Source: Paecilomyces variotii
Taxonomy: Eukaryota
Direction: 5' to 3' (one strand)
DNA: 64,000 nucleotides
NCBI GenBank assembly: GCA_004022145.1
Contig: RCNU01000002.1
Shown here: one piece after another, positions 25,368-37,820 of the stretch
Layout: each line of letters starts with the position of its first letter
Numbering within the stretch: position 1 is the stretch's first letter
Notes under the pieces: model-generated
Database searches by the model: none
Seen by the model: only the letters and a program-made list of their open reading frames with translations
Told to the model about the DNA's origin: nothing
Program-made: the position numbers and the translations under genes

Positions 25368-25617
25368 ATATGTAGCGTGGTGAGCTGGAGTTGGCAGATC
25401 GGTCTTCGCAAAAGATAGAAATAATATTTGCGGGTGAAGGCGGCGAGACCCACCTGAGTGACGGTCATCTCATAGCTGGCTGCGGCTCCCATCGTCTCAT
25501 CTCCCCGCCAGCTTGATACACCGTTCCCTCGCATACTTGCTCTCCATCCCGGTTATATCAACCGATTTCTGGACTCAAGCGATATCTGCGGAATAAAGAT
25601 AGGCTTAATCAGAGACC

Positions 25618-26739
25618 ATGGGTCAAGATCCTCGCGTGCTTCTGCAGAAAGTGAGTGCTTCAGTTCCCCCGCCTTCCTAGCTTCCGACTAACTGTCCGAA
25701 AATCATCAGGCAGACAAGGCACTCCAAAGCGCTTCGGGAGGCTTCAGCTTCTTTGGAGGACGATCGGAGAAGTACGAGAATGCAGCTGACCTCTATACAC
25801 AAGCTGCAAATGCATTCAGAGCACAGAAGCAAAGTATGCGGATTTCCCCTCATCCGCAAACATGCGGAGATCCCATTAACTGACGTGTTTTGCTCCCAGA
25901 TAAGGAGGCCGGTCTGGCATTCGAGAAGGCTGCTGCGATTCAGACCCAGAACTTGAATGAACCGGATGATGCTGCCAACAGCCTACAGGAAGCGTTCAAG
26001 GTCTACCGAAAGACTGATCCCGAAGACGCTGCTCGCGTGCTCTCCAGCGCCATCCAACATTACGTCGGGAGGGGCAATTTCCGTCGAGCTGCAACCCAGC
26101 AGCAGTACCTGGCAGAGGTGTACGAGACGGAGATTGGGGATATGAAAAAAGCTCTGGATGCTTATGAGAAGGCGGCGGAGTGGTTCGACAGTGACAATGC
26201 GGAAGCGTAAGAGAACTCCTGTTATAAAAGAGATACGGACTTTGGATGAGACTAACAATCTACTCTGCAGTCTCGCAAACAAGCACTTCCTCAAAGTCGC
26301 CGATCTGGCCGCCATTGAAGGCGACTACTACAAGTCCATTGAGCAGTACGAGCGTGTCGGCAAGTCGTCCATCAACAATAACTTGATGAAGTGGTCTGTC
26401 AAAGACTATTTCCTCAAGGCCGGCATCTGCCATCTCGCCTCAGGTGTATGTAGAGTGTTGGACCCTCTCCTTATGATCTATGCTGATTTCCCTTCTCAGG
26501 ACCTCGTCGCTACCAACAGAGCCCTCGAAAGCTACCGCGATATCGACCCCACATTCGCTTCTACAAGAGAGCACCAGCTCCTTGTCGATCTCACCCAGGC
26601 CGTCGAGCAAGGCGACCAGGAAGCTTTTACCGACAAGCTCTTCCAATACGACCAGCTGAGCAAGCTCGACAAGTGGAAGACAACACTTCTCCTGCGGATC
26701 AAGAACAACATCGAGGAAGTCGGAGAGGACTTTTCTTAA
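25618..26739 (+). CDS. SEC17: Vesicular-fusion protein Sec17 (alpha-SNAP); introns 25651-25709, 25834-25899, 26207-26270, 26446-26499
   Basis: GGFSFFGG..EKYENAADLYTQAANAF, KWSVKDYFLKAGICHL, DPTFASTREHQLL, LDKWKTTLLLRIK. Confidence 0.96.
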
Positions 26740-27533
26740 TCGTGTGTTGGTCACTTTTGTCGGGTTCGAGTTACTTTTTTACGTTTGATCTCATGATGGT
26801 TTTTGCTATGGCGCGAACCCACTTTCCCGTTTTTTTTCTCCTTTTTTGGTCATCCTGCCGTCATTGTATGTACGTAGCGCGAGTGTCGTTTCTAGATGGA
26901 TGCTGTCTGTTGGTCTGTTTATGTTGTCATCCCTCGTTGAATTACCATCTCATGTCACGTAGTGACTCCTGATCAAACTAGATGATCAATGCTCAAGTTT
27001 CTTAATTTATCTTATCTCATGGGTATTGTAACAAGGCAGAGATCTCTAGGGGTTCTAGTTAAAGGCTTATAAGGGGTGCCTGTCGGTGTAGCCTTTTTGG
27101 CGGAGTGGTTTAGTGCCTAGAGACCAGCGGCCTATGCCCCTTTACAAGTATAGACCGAACTACGGAATGGGAAATGAGCGCAACTTAAGACGATTTAACA
27201 TCTTCGTAACTCGTTAGGATTTTTCAAAAAAGGACAAAGAGCCAATGCTATCTATGAGCCTAATCCCTGTTTGTATTCTTCTTCTTCATATTCATAGTCC
27301 CATATGTTCTGTGTCTTGTCTCTTTAGCTGACTAGATTTGATATTTCATGATGGACAAATTCCAACCCGGAAGACTGACATAATGAATGCTTTTCTTTTC
27401 TTCTTCTCTCTTTTCGTCCGCTGCGGATGGGGAAGATGATGGTATCTCATAACAATAATGGTAAGAATATATGCCGGCAAAGAGAAATAAAAAGAAATAT
27501 ATAAAAAAAAAACACCAAACCAAAGGTAAGCCT

Positions 27534-30010
27534 CTACGCTTGCACTTCCTCCAACGGCAGAGCTTTGCGAGGGAAGACTCTTTTGTAGAGACTGATTCCG
27601 ATAGCGTCTTGTGGGTTGATCTTCGCATCGAATGTAGCTTTGAAGTAGCCGTGGGTACCGAGACTCTCTTTGATGTAGCCGGTGCGGCCGCGCTTGGTCC
27701 ACAGCTGGAGGGCCTTGAACCAGTTGACGTCCTCGGAGTTGAAGAACATGTAGCGCACCGTGACGACCTTCTTGTGGATCTTGAATGGGTGGCCGGTCAG
27801 AATGACTCGTTTGGCGACGACGCGGGAGTGATCGGGGGCCACGACGGTGCCGTTGCCGATAAGCTCGAGACGGTTGATAGTCGGGGCGTTTGCATCATCG
27901 GAGTCCAGGACTTCAGGGTCTTTGACTTGCTGGTTCTTGAACATCAGGACGGGCACGGAACCCCAGGTCAGCGGGCCAATGTAGGTTGCGATGGCAGCGC
28001 GGCCGGGATGGAGGAAGCGGTCGAACTTGTGCACGTTGTTCGGGGTGTTGCCCGCAGCTGAGTAGACGGGCTTCACAAGAAGACGACGGGGTCCGCACTG
28101 GATTATGACCTCCTCCTTGGATTTCAGAGGCTCCTCGACGGATGAGCTCAGGGTCATGTTGATGTTGACCACGGTCTGCTTGTGCTCATGGCGCAGGAGC
28201 GAAAATAGGGCCATGGGCTGTGGGCGGTTTCGAAGAGATGAAGGCACAGCTCGGAGGTGCACGTCTACTCGAGTACCAGGGTTGACTCCTCCAACAAGAG
28301 CCTCGCGAATGCTCCTGTTTCTCGAACCCTTGTAGTCTGAAATCTGAAGGAGGCGGCGCCAATCCTCCGGTTCGTGAGGCTTGTCCTCTGAGGTCTCCCA
28401 GTGACTAGTCTTGAGACTCTTGAGACCTCTGTACCGAGCCAGGCGCTCTCTGGCAAGCACGTTCGGGTGAAGTTCGATCTCGTCAGGAAATTCCAGGTCC
28501 TCCTTTGCTTCATTGCGGCGACTAGCACGGTACTCCTCTAGCTGGTCTGCCTCATCCTCCGGAGATGGGTCAAGGAACATCTCCGACTGGGGATACTCGG
28601 AAGGTCCAGCTTCCGTCATAGCATCCTGTCGTTCGGGGAACACACCGTCTTCAGGGTTGCCCGAGGTGTCCATCTCCATCTCTTCGTCTTCATCCTCCAA
28701 GTCGGAACCGGAGTCAGAGACGTCATCCAGATACCAGGCCGCCTGGTAATCCGATGTTCCCTTCGGCAGTCTCTTCGGACGAGGCGGGATGTGAGTCTCA
28801 TCGTCTGAGAAGTAATGGTGGTCATCCAGTAGGACACCCTTCCGCTCAGTGTCAGCGACTGAAAGCATGTCATCGTCCTCCATTTCGATCTCCTCCGGTG
28901 CAACAGTAGCCATATCGTCACGGTCCTCTGTCGGGGCATCCAGGACCTGCGTCGACTCGTTCTCGTCGACGTTCATCGCGTCGCCCTTTTTGTTCTTCGT
29001 ACTTAGCAAAGGTGCCGCTGTGATGGAGTCTACCTGGAAGTCACCCCAGCCAGGCACATGCACGATGCGGTCAGCCTTTAGACCCTTTCCCCGCACGACA
29101 CCGGTCAAGACTACATCGTCCACCACTTCAGCGTTGGACTCGGGCCACTTAACATCCTCGAGGAGCAGCCAGCTGCGTTCATCCCTCCAGCGGATTCCCT
29201 TGGGGGTAGCGGTGCAGAGACTGCGCACGACGTTGGAACATTCCTGTCTTGAGTCGAGAGAAAGGACCTTTTCGATATTGGGGAAGAAATGGGTGATGTA
29301 TGACTTGAGAGAAGACACGGTCTGGGTCCGCTTCTTCGGGGGATTGATTTTATCCAGTCCCTGAACCACGGAGAAGACGTTCGAGATTCCCTGTCCCTCA
29401 ATGGACCGCAACAGCACTTCTCCCTCCTCGTCAACCTCCTTCTCGGCAGAGAGCACAACAAGGACAAAGTCCGCCATCCGCGAGGCGTCCAACGCATGCA
29501 TCAGGTCGTATTTGGCGGGAATGTACATGACGCTCTGTCTGAACCGATCGACGCGCACACGCGAGATACCATCCTGGGAGACGTCGTCGGGGACATCGAC
29601 GCTTTCGTTCAACTGACGGATGGCGGCACGGATATCGATATCGGACGATAGAGGTACAACGGCGACATGTCTGGGCGCACCGTTGGATCCGGCAAAGATG
29701 CTGGTTGCCTGGGCCTTCTCCTGGTGCTTCAACTGTTGCTTCTGGCGAGCCTGGTTTCTGCGATCGAGTTTCGACATGAGCTGCTGGTGAGGGGTCTTGC
29801 GACTACCCCGCTCACGGTTCTCGACCTTTCCTGTAGCAGTTGTCAGTATAATGATTTCGTAGATGATTCCTAGCCAGGAGGCCTGGTTCAGCACCCACCC
29901 TTTGCCTGCTCCTTCAGAGCGCCTTTGGTGGCATGCTTGCTCTTGAATGCCTTGTGCGAGACCTTGGTGGTGCTGCGGTGATGGTGTCCCGACTGGGTGA
30001 TGGGCGCCAT
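27534..30010 (-). CDS. TSR1: Ribosome biogenesis protein Tsr1 (Bms1/Tsr1 family); intron 29898-29831
   Basis: HHHRSTTKVSHKAFKSKHATKG, SKLDRRNQARQ, EFPDEIEL...ARERLARYRGLKS, GYIKESLGTHGYFKATF, LYKRVFP. Confidence 0.96.
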
Positions 30011-30460
30011 GTTGGCTGCACCCGACGCTTTGAAGCGGAACGGAAGAGAGTCCAGTGTTGCGGATGGCTACAGTGTGGATGAGAGATAGAGAAGAAAAGA
30101 AAAGAAAATAAAATCAATTAGGACGACCAGACCGTTGTTGGTAAGTCTGGCACGACTTATCTGGATGAGCCGCACGATAAAAAAAAAATATTATAGTATT
30201 ATCGGCCCCGTCGAGTGCGGAGATGCAGATCGGAGACCGAAAAACTGTGGCAGAAAAATGTTTCCAAGCGAGCGCGAAATCTTGGCATGAATTTTCCAGC
30301 CAGACCCGCAAAAAGCTCCGCCGACTTTGCGATCCAGCAACTTTTCTCCGGTCATAACTCTTTGATATCTGTATTTTCTTTTTTCTTTTTTCTTTTCCCT
30401 CTGTAGGTCATCTGCGATTGACGGCCAAACCACTTTTCTGCCGGCGATCAAACCGCGCAG

Positions 30461-32153
30461 ATGGCGACGACTGCAGCTCCCACGGCCGTCGCTGGCCCGT
30501 CCCAAAAACAGGACAACTCCGCTGCTCGCGCTGCAAAGCAACGACTGGCTGAAGCACAGAAGACTTATGGCAGAGGAAAAGGAGTGCATACGCAGAGCGT
30601 TCGGGATAGGAAACTGCGCCACCGTCTCAAGGCGGTCGAGTCCAAGTACAAAGATGCGGCGCTGAAGGCCAAGGATGCGGAGATCTTGCTCGAGAATGAG
30701 GCCGGATTCATCGAGCCGGAAGGGGAGCTGGAGCGGACGTACAAGGTCCGTCAGGATGAGATCAAAGAGAATATCGGAATCGAGACAGCCAAGAAGGGCT
30801 TCGAGCTGAAGTTGGAGGACATGGGACCGTATCGTGCAGACTACACGAGGAATGGCAGAAACCTGCTGCTGGCAGGACGAAAGGGTCATGTTGCGACGAT
30901 GGACTGGAGAGCAGGCAAACTGGGTTGTGAGCTGCAGCTGGGAGAGACGGTTCGCGATGCCAAATGGCTGCATAACAACCAGTACTTTGCCGTCGCGCAG
31001 AAGAAATACGTCTACATCTACGATCATGCTGGTGTCGAGTTGCACTGTCTGAACAAGCATGTCGAGGCCACTCATCTGGAGTTTCTGCCATACCACTTCC
31101 TTCTTGCGAGTGCTGTAAGTCTGATCTGCTGTCGATGAGGGCCCTGATATATTTTTTCCTAACATCTATTTGCAACAGGCTACGAGCGGTTTCCTCAAAT
31201 ATACAGACACTTCGACCGGCCAGTTGGTCGCGGAGCTGCCCACTCGGTTAGGCTCGCCTACATCTCTCTGCCAGAACCCGTGGAACGCCATCCTGCATGT
31301 CGGTCACCAGAATGGAACGGTTACCCTCTGGTCGCCAAACTCCCAGACTGCCCTCGTGAAAGCCCTCGTCCACAGGGGACCTGTGCGCTCGATGGCAGTG
31401 GATAGACTAGGCCGGTACATGGTTTCCACGGGCCAGGACATGAAGATGAACGTTTGGGATATTCGCATGTTCCGCGAAGTTCATTCGTACTCTACCTTCC
31501 AGCCCGGCTCGTCCGTTGCTATCAGCGACCGCGGTCTCACCGCCGTCGGATGGGGTACACAGGTCAGCGTCTGGAGAGGTCTCTTCGACGCCGCGGCAGC
31601 AGACCAAGGCAAAGTCAAGTCGCCCTACATGGCCTGGGGTGGTGATGGACAGCGCATTGAGACTGTCCGGTGGTGCCCTTTCGAGGATATCCTCGGAACT
31701 ACTCACGACAAGGGTTTCGCCAGCCTCATCGTCCCTGGCGCTGGAGAGCCCAACTTCGACGCTCTGGAAGTGAACCCGTACGAAACCACTGAGCAGCGAC
31801 GGGAGGGCGAAGTCCGCGCTCTGCTGAACAAGCTGCAACCGGAGATGATCTCTCTGGACCCCAACTTCGTCGGTCGCCTCGACACCATCAGCGAGAAGAA
31901 ACGCCAAGAGGAGCGCAAGGAAGACAACCCCAGAGAAGACCCGATCGAAAAGCTCAAGAACCGCGGCCGTGGCCGCAACAGTGCTCTGCGCAGATATCTC
32001 CGCAAGAGAGGCCAGCCCAACGTCATCGACGAGAAGCGACTCAAGGCCGAAGCGCTTCGCGAACAGCAAACCGCCCGCGCCAAGGCGAAGCTGCAGCGCG
32101 AAAAGGAAGAATTGGGACCTGCTCTGGCCAGATTTGCAAAGAAAGAGATCTAG
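30461..32153 (+). CDS. UTP7: U3 snoRNA-associated protein Utp7 (WDR46/BING4); intron 31115-31178
   Basis: ELERTYKVRQDEI, YTRNGRNLLLAGRKGHVA, LEFLPYHFLLAS, GHQNGTVTLWSPN, VPGAGEPNFDALEVNPYET. Confidence 0.96.
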
Positions 32154-32614
32154 TCGCCGCTGTTCTTCTCTCTCTTCTTTTGCAACTCTCTGGTTTTCGC
32201 TTTTACGCCGCAGCTGTTCAGATACCCAGTTTTATTCAATAGCTCGAGGGCGTTGTTACGTTTAACGCTTATCATCGTATTGCATTTCTAGGCGTCGGGA
32301 TCTTGTATAAAGAAGGGGGGAGTCGGGTGTTGAAAATATAAAAAAGTTTATCAATACATATAGTTATACATACATCTGTTGACATGCCATATAGTCCACG
32401 ATCTCCATTCTGGAGAGAATATCAACAGTAGTAAAACATAGCAGATAATAACTAACCCTATTCTGTACGAATGAACGGTCCTCTATATACAATTGCAAAA
32501 ATAAAAGAATTCCCAGCACACTGAACCCATCCTCACATAATGTGTGCATATTACATGCGGGACTCTCTCATCCTTCATCTCACGAAATAAGCTATATACT
32601 ATTTCAATGTCAAC

Positions 32615-33708
32615 CTACTCCTCAACACTCCCCGACCCTCTCACAGCGCCATTCTTCCACCTCTGCAAGCTGGCCTCATACGCACCACTCGCCTTCCACC
32701 CACTAATAATCAAATCCACAATATTCTTCACCCCCTTTCCATTCTTCACCTCCGCAAAAACCGTCGGTCCACCCTCCCTCATCCGCGCCGCATCACGCTC
32801 CATTACTCCCAAATCTGCCCCCACCGCAGTCGCGAGATCGATCTTATTCACCACTAACAGATCACTGCCCGTGATACCCGGTCCGCCTTTTCGAGGCACT
32901 TTATCCCCGCCCGCGACGTCGATTACGTAGATGATGAAATCGGCGAGTTCGCGCGAGTAGTTCGCGGCGAGGTTGTCGCCGCCGGATTCGATGAGGAGGA
33001 GATCCGTTTGGAATTGTCGCTGGAGGGTCTGGAGCGCGAGGAGGTTCGCGGATATGTCTTCGCGGACGGCGGCGTGGGGGCAGCCGCCGGTTTCGATGGC
33101 GCGGATTCGAGATGGGGAGAGGGCTTTGTTGCGGGTGAGGAATTCGGCGTCTTCTCTGTTGGTTGTAGGGAAAGAGGAGTGAGTTGGTGGGTTCTCATGT
33201 AGAATATAATAATAATAATCATGTCCTGGGGATAGCGGGGAAGGGAGAGGGGGTGGGGGGACGTACCTCGTGAAGATATCGTTCGTGACAGCTGCAATGT
33301 TATACTCGTCTCGTAGAGCCAAGCACAGGGCGAGCATTAGGGCTGTCTTTCCTGATCCGACGGGTCTATGTCTCAAGTCAGTCGAAGTTATATCACCATG
33401 AAGAACTGCTCTTCCATCTGAAGAGGGAATTGATTGTACATGGAATATTATCCAGATAAACAATCATAGAAAAGAAACAAGGCACATAGGCAAATGTATT
33501 CGAAAATGTAAAATGGAATCCCTCACCCTCCAATTCCAATCGTGTACGCACGATCCTGCCAATCTCTGCCCTCGATCAGCGGCATCTCCCGCTGCAGATA
33601 GGAGCCCGGTCCATCGAGGATCTCGTGGGAGTGGCCGTGTCCGCCCAGCGCATCGTGGGAATGCGAGTGTTCGAGACCGCCGTCGTGAGAGTGCGAGTGC
33701 GACGCCAT
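32615..33708 (-). CDS. ureG: Urease accessory GTPase UreG; introns 33526-33366, 33266-33156
   Basis: His-rich N-terminus, IGIGG|PVGSGKT P-loop, [44 protein letters not shown]. Confidence 0.97.
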
Positions 33709-35098
33709 TGTGTCCAGTGTTTGATAGAGGCTAGGTTTCCGATCGTTCAATTAGGTAGGTGATTAATAGCTGGGCATCTCACTGAAAAGTCGAAGTTGTC
33801 GAATCTGATTAGCGCGGGGCAGGAGGGGTATCGTATCCGTTCGGGGAATTAAGCTGCAAGGGAAATCTGGGCGGGGAGCAGGTACTACTAAGATCGAGGA
33901 TGATGCAGAAGTATAAGTACCTTCTCTATCGTGACTCAGATGTGATAATGGCGAGATAGAGGTATTTGTGAAAGAATCGAATAAAAGAAAAGCAAATCTA
34001 CAGCCAAGAGAGCAAGCTCCTGCTACTGCGGGGATGGCCGTCTGCGATCTAGCCCATAAGCGTCGATCATCCTTGATTTGCGATCAGCTAGGGCCTTCAG
34101 AGAGGACGAGGTTCTCCGGAGTCCGATCTAGGCTCGAGGGTAGTAATTATTTTCTTGTTTGGAAGTTTAGACACGACTTCAATATCGTTCGCTGGTGCAA
34201 GCAGCATCCTGAGAACCAGGGAAACCAAGGAAACATCCTACGCGAGGGCTGGAGAGATGACAGTCCAAGACAGTCGGAACAATTGAAGAAGAGAAGATAT
34301 CCCTTTTATCGGTCGCGGAAACAACGAGGAGACTATCAGGGTCCAGAAATCATCATCGCGACGGCCAAGCATCGAAACAAGAAGCGCAGAAGGCCACACA
34401 GAACGCTCGTCAAAAAAATGTTACGCCCGCGCCCAATCAAATCAATCGCCATCGGAAAGACAGGGATCAAGCCAGACTAGGGTAACTGGCTAACAGGACG
34501 CAGCGAAAGCACAGAGAACTGCACAACAGAAAAGCAGAAGAGCGGATGCGAGTTGAAGAAACGACAAAATTGGCAAGGTCTGCCATGATCAGACAGACAG
34601 GCCAAATCACAACCTATGCGACAAACGGGGAATAACACGGGAAAAAAAAGACCCAAGCCAGCATACGCTGAGAGAGAGAGAAAAGGAAACAGAGAAGAGA
34701 AAAGGAGCTTAGAATACATTATATGATGATGACGCTGGTGTTATGGCGGATATCCAGCCTCGATGCGGCGCGGATGGGAACAACATAATCCAAAAATGGC
34801 ATAATCCATGTTCTGATTCCCATTTCCACGGGAACACACGTCCTCCACATGATGACGTGCAGCACAAGAGAGCACAAAAGGTGCATCGAAATAGATGGTG
34901 CGGAGTATAAACGACAATGGCGCCCCTGCGACAGAAGCGAAAGCCTTCCGGTATGTTCCAATCAGAAAAAGATGGACGCCCAAGAAATTCAGTAGAAAAT
35001 CGCAGAATGAAGTCCAATGATACGCCGAATCCCCCTCTTGATGACGAAAAAGAAAACGCAAAGCATAACAACAATCAGAGACAAAGTCAGTCATGGGC

Positions 35099-36460
35099 TC
35101 ACGCGGTCCCCTTTTGTCTCTTGCCGCCTATCCTGGGACTGGGCTTGACTTTGGCGGCCCCAGAAGCGCCAGCCTCAGCGTTGTTGTCGTCTTCCTGTTT
35201 GAGTTGGACGGTACTTTGGCGACGGCGTTTATTGCTGATGTTTGGACTTGTCGTGGCGCTGGTGCCCGCAGATCCATTGGGCCCCTGCTGCATCAGGCCC
35301 ATGGGTCCTGCCAGATGAGCTTGGGCTGGACTAGCGTGAGCAGAGCCAGCAAGGTGAGGCGACCCAGCTGCCCCGGGCAGGCCAAGATGAGCCATCGATG
35401 GAGAAGCAAACTGGGACGGACCGTTCATGGTAGAGGGTCTCGGGTTTGGGGCTTGTTGGAGCGCGGGACTCATGCCAGGCGGGAAAGAAAGACCCGCGTT
35501 CTGGCTCTGAAAGTTGTTGACCAGATTGCGCAGCGCCTCTGGGGGGGACATATGCGGGTTCTGTTGCGAATACTGGAACAGAACTTGCATCTGCGACATG
35601 GTTTCGGCCACCTCCAAAAAGCTCATTACGGCCGTGGGTACGCCGTTATTAGTAACCATAGATTCGGGTACAACGACAGCGGGCTGTTGCTTCTGCTGAG
35701 CCCGCTTGTTCATATTCTTCGAAACCTTCGGACTTTGCTTCTGGTCGACTTCTGCGGGCTGCAGTTGGCTCCGAGGGATATACTCATTGTGACTATTGAT
35801 GACAAGGTCGAGCATCTCAATCTTATTGTTCGCATCAAACTGAGCCCGGAGAGTGCCGTGCGTGAAAAGCTGCCAGAACGTTAGTCGAATCACAGGAATG
35901 TCAAGCAATTCACACGAACCTGGCAGTCATTGGCGAACCAGTAGATGAATGACGTCTTGAGACTTTCCACCATATGACCCCCGTTGGGCAGGTCTTTTTC
36001 TCGAGCGCCTTCCACAAGCATCTGGATATGTTTGATTCCACTGTTGAACTGGGTCCAATAGTACCGCGCTAGAGCCGGGGTGGAGATCTCGAACTGTTTC
36101 GAGCCAGCCTGGGGATTGTAAACGCCTTGCCGGAGCACTCCTCCTGGTGAATAGAATCTCTCGACAAAGGCCTGCCAGTAGTGTAGATCGTGCGCTTCAC
36201 CTCGACTCTGAAAATCTCGTCAGCCTGGATATAATCAATAGCACAATGCAAATAGCTAACTCACCGTAAAGTTACTCAAATGGTCCGCGTAAGCATTCAG
36301 ATAGAGTACCGTAGCTCCTTTGAAATTCATCCGTGGCTGCATCATCATCACATTTTGATTCTGTTGTTGCGCCTTCAGGTGGGCCTCCTGGGCGGTCATC
36401 GGCTGTTGCTGCTGCGGCTGTTGTTGGTTTTGCTGGTTTTGCTGAGCTTGCTGCTGGTTT

Positions 36461-36492
<32 letters not shown>

Positions 36493-37820
36493 GTTCTGCG
36501 CCTGCTGTTGCTGCGCTTGTAGCTGCTGTGACGGCGGCTGGGCTGGTTGAACCTGGGGGGTTGGCTGATGCGGCGGATTCGGGGTCGGCTGCGGTTGGAG
36601 CTGCGGAGTGTGGTGCTGCTGTGGTGGCTGCGATGTTGGAGGCTGCTGCAGATTCGAGTGCTGTTGCGAAGGCGTGTTGCTGCCCTGGGGGGGCTGAGGA
36701 CCCGGCTGAGGCTGTGGAGTGACACTGTGGGCATCGTGCATGTTCTGCGGTTGCGCCGCGGCTCTTTGCTGCGGTGTCTGTTGTCCCGGATGCCCTGCAG
36801 CATTTGCCTGGTGCGCCTGTTGCGCCTGCTGGGCTTGCTGTTGGGCCTGTTGTTGAGCCTGCTGCTGGGCTTGTTGCTGGGCTTGTTGCATGGCAATGAA
36901 TTGTTGCTGTTGCTGGAGATTCTGGGGCTGACCGTGAGGCATTTGCTGCTGTAAGTGCATTTGCATGTTCATGGGTCGCATATTCGAGTTTGCCTGCATC
37001 GCAGCAATTTGGGCGGCATTCAAAGGTTGCGTCCCGTTCGGTAATGACACGGGAAGGCCGCCATGTTGCTGTTGTTGTTGGTGCTGCTGCTGCTGTTGTT
37101 GTTGCATCATCAATTGACGGTGTCTCAATAATTGCTGCTGCTGGTGTTGTAGTAGGTGGGGGTTATTGGCAACTAGACAAGGTGATATCACATTAGCATT
37201 GGCCATCAGGTGTCATGGATAATTGACAACGAGGGAGAATCAATGAGAGCAGCGAATAAAGTGAGCCTGGCCCTGCGATCCAGGATACCCCGAATAGAAA
37301 CCTGACAGCACGGCCATCGGCCTGGACTCCAAACCGTATTGCAGTCTCAGTCCCAGGAGACACAATCTGAAATCCGAAATCCAGTCCTGATCGCACTACG
37401 CTCGTAGGCCAGTCGGTCATATCGCAGGATCCACAGACCAAAGAACGACCCAGAAAGAAAGATGGAAAGATATCACGTACAATTCTGCGCCGCGAATTGC
37501 TGCTGCTGCTGGAGGAAATGCGCCTGGGGGCCCAGGTGCGAGAGGGCATGCGCGTTCGGGACAGGACCGCCAGGCCCTGCACTCCCAGCACCCCCGGCAC
37601 CCGGAGGCATGCCTCCCATCATGGGCCCGGCCTGAGTGACCTGAGGGCCTCCCGGAGCGGAGACACCAGGATGCATCTGCTGCACCATGCCCGCGCCAGG
37701 CGCTTGTCCGCCCAGATGTGTCGCGTTGGGATGCTGGGCCTGGGCCATTGGGTGACCCGGGGGCAACCCGGGATGTGGAGGGATGCCTTGATGGGCAGGG
37801 AACGGCTGCGCCATCATCAT
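35099..37820 (-). CDS. ptaB: LIM-domain-binding (Ldb/Mfg1/PtaB) transcriptional co-regulator with Q-rich N-terminus; introns 37480-37173, 36264-36208, 35919-~35870
   Basis: LIM_bind-type core DLHYWQAFVERFYSPGGVLR...KQFEISTPALARYY...HNEYIPRS...GVPTAVMSFLEVAETMSQM, poly-Q, and a C-terminal NLS-like NKRRR and GGKRQK. Confidence 0.85.
36360..37150 (-). repeat. CAG/CAA poly-glutamine coding repeats, including a pure (CAG)9 at 36463-36489
   Basis: Visible (ctg)n/(ttg)n runs on the + strand within ptaB exon 2. Confidence 0.85.

Noticed and set aside
27070..27150. tRNA A-box-like TGGCGGAGTGG inside a possible AAGGGG...CCCCTT hairpin followed by ACA
   Set aside because: No T-loop/B-box (GTTCRA), no cloverleaf and no H box. 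Neither a tRNA nor an H/ACA snoRNA can be supported without tRNAscan or Infernal.
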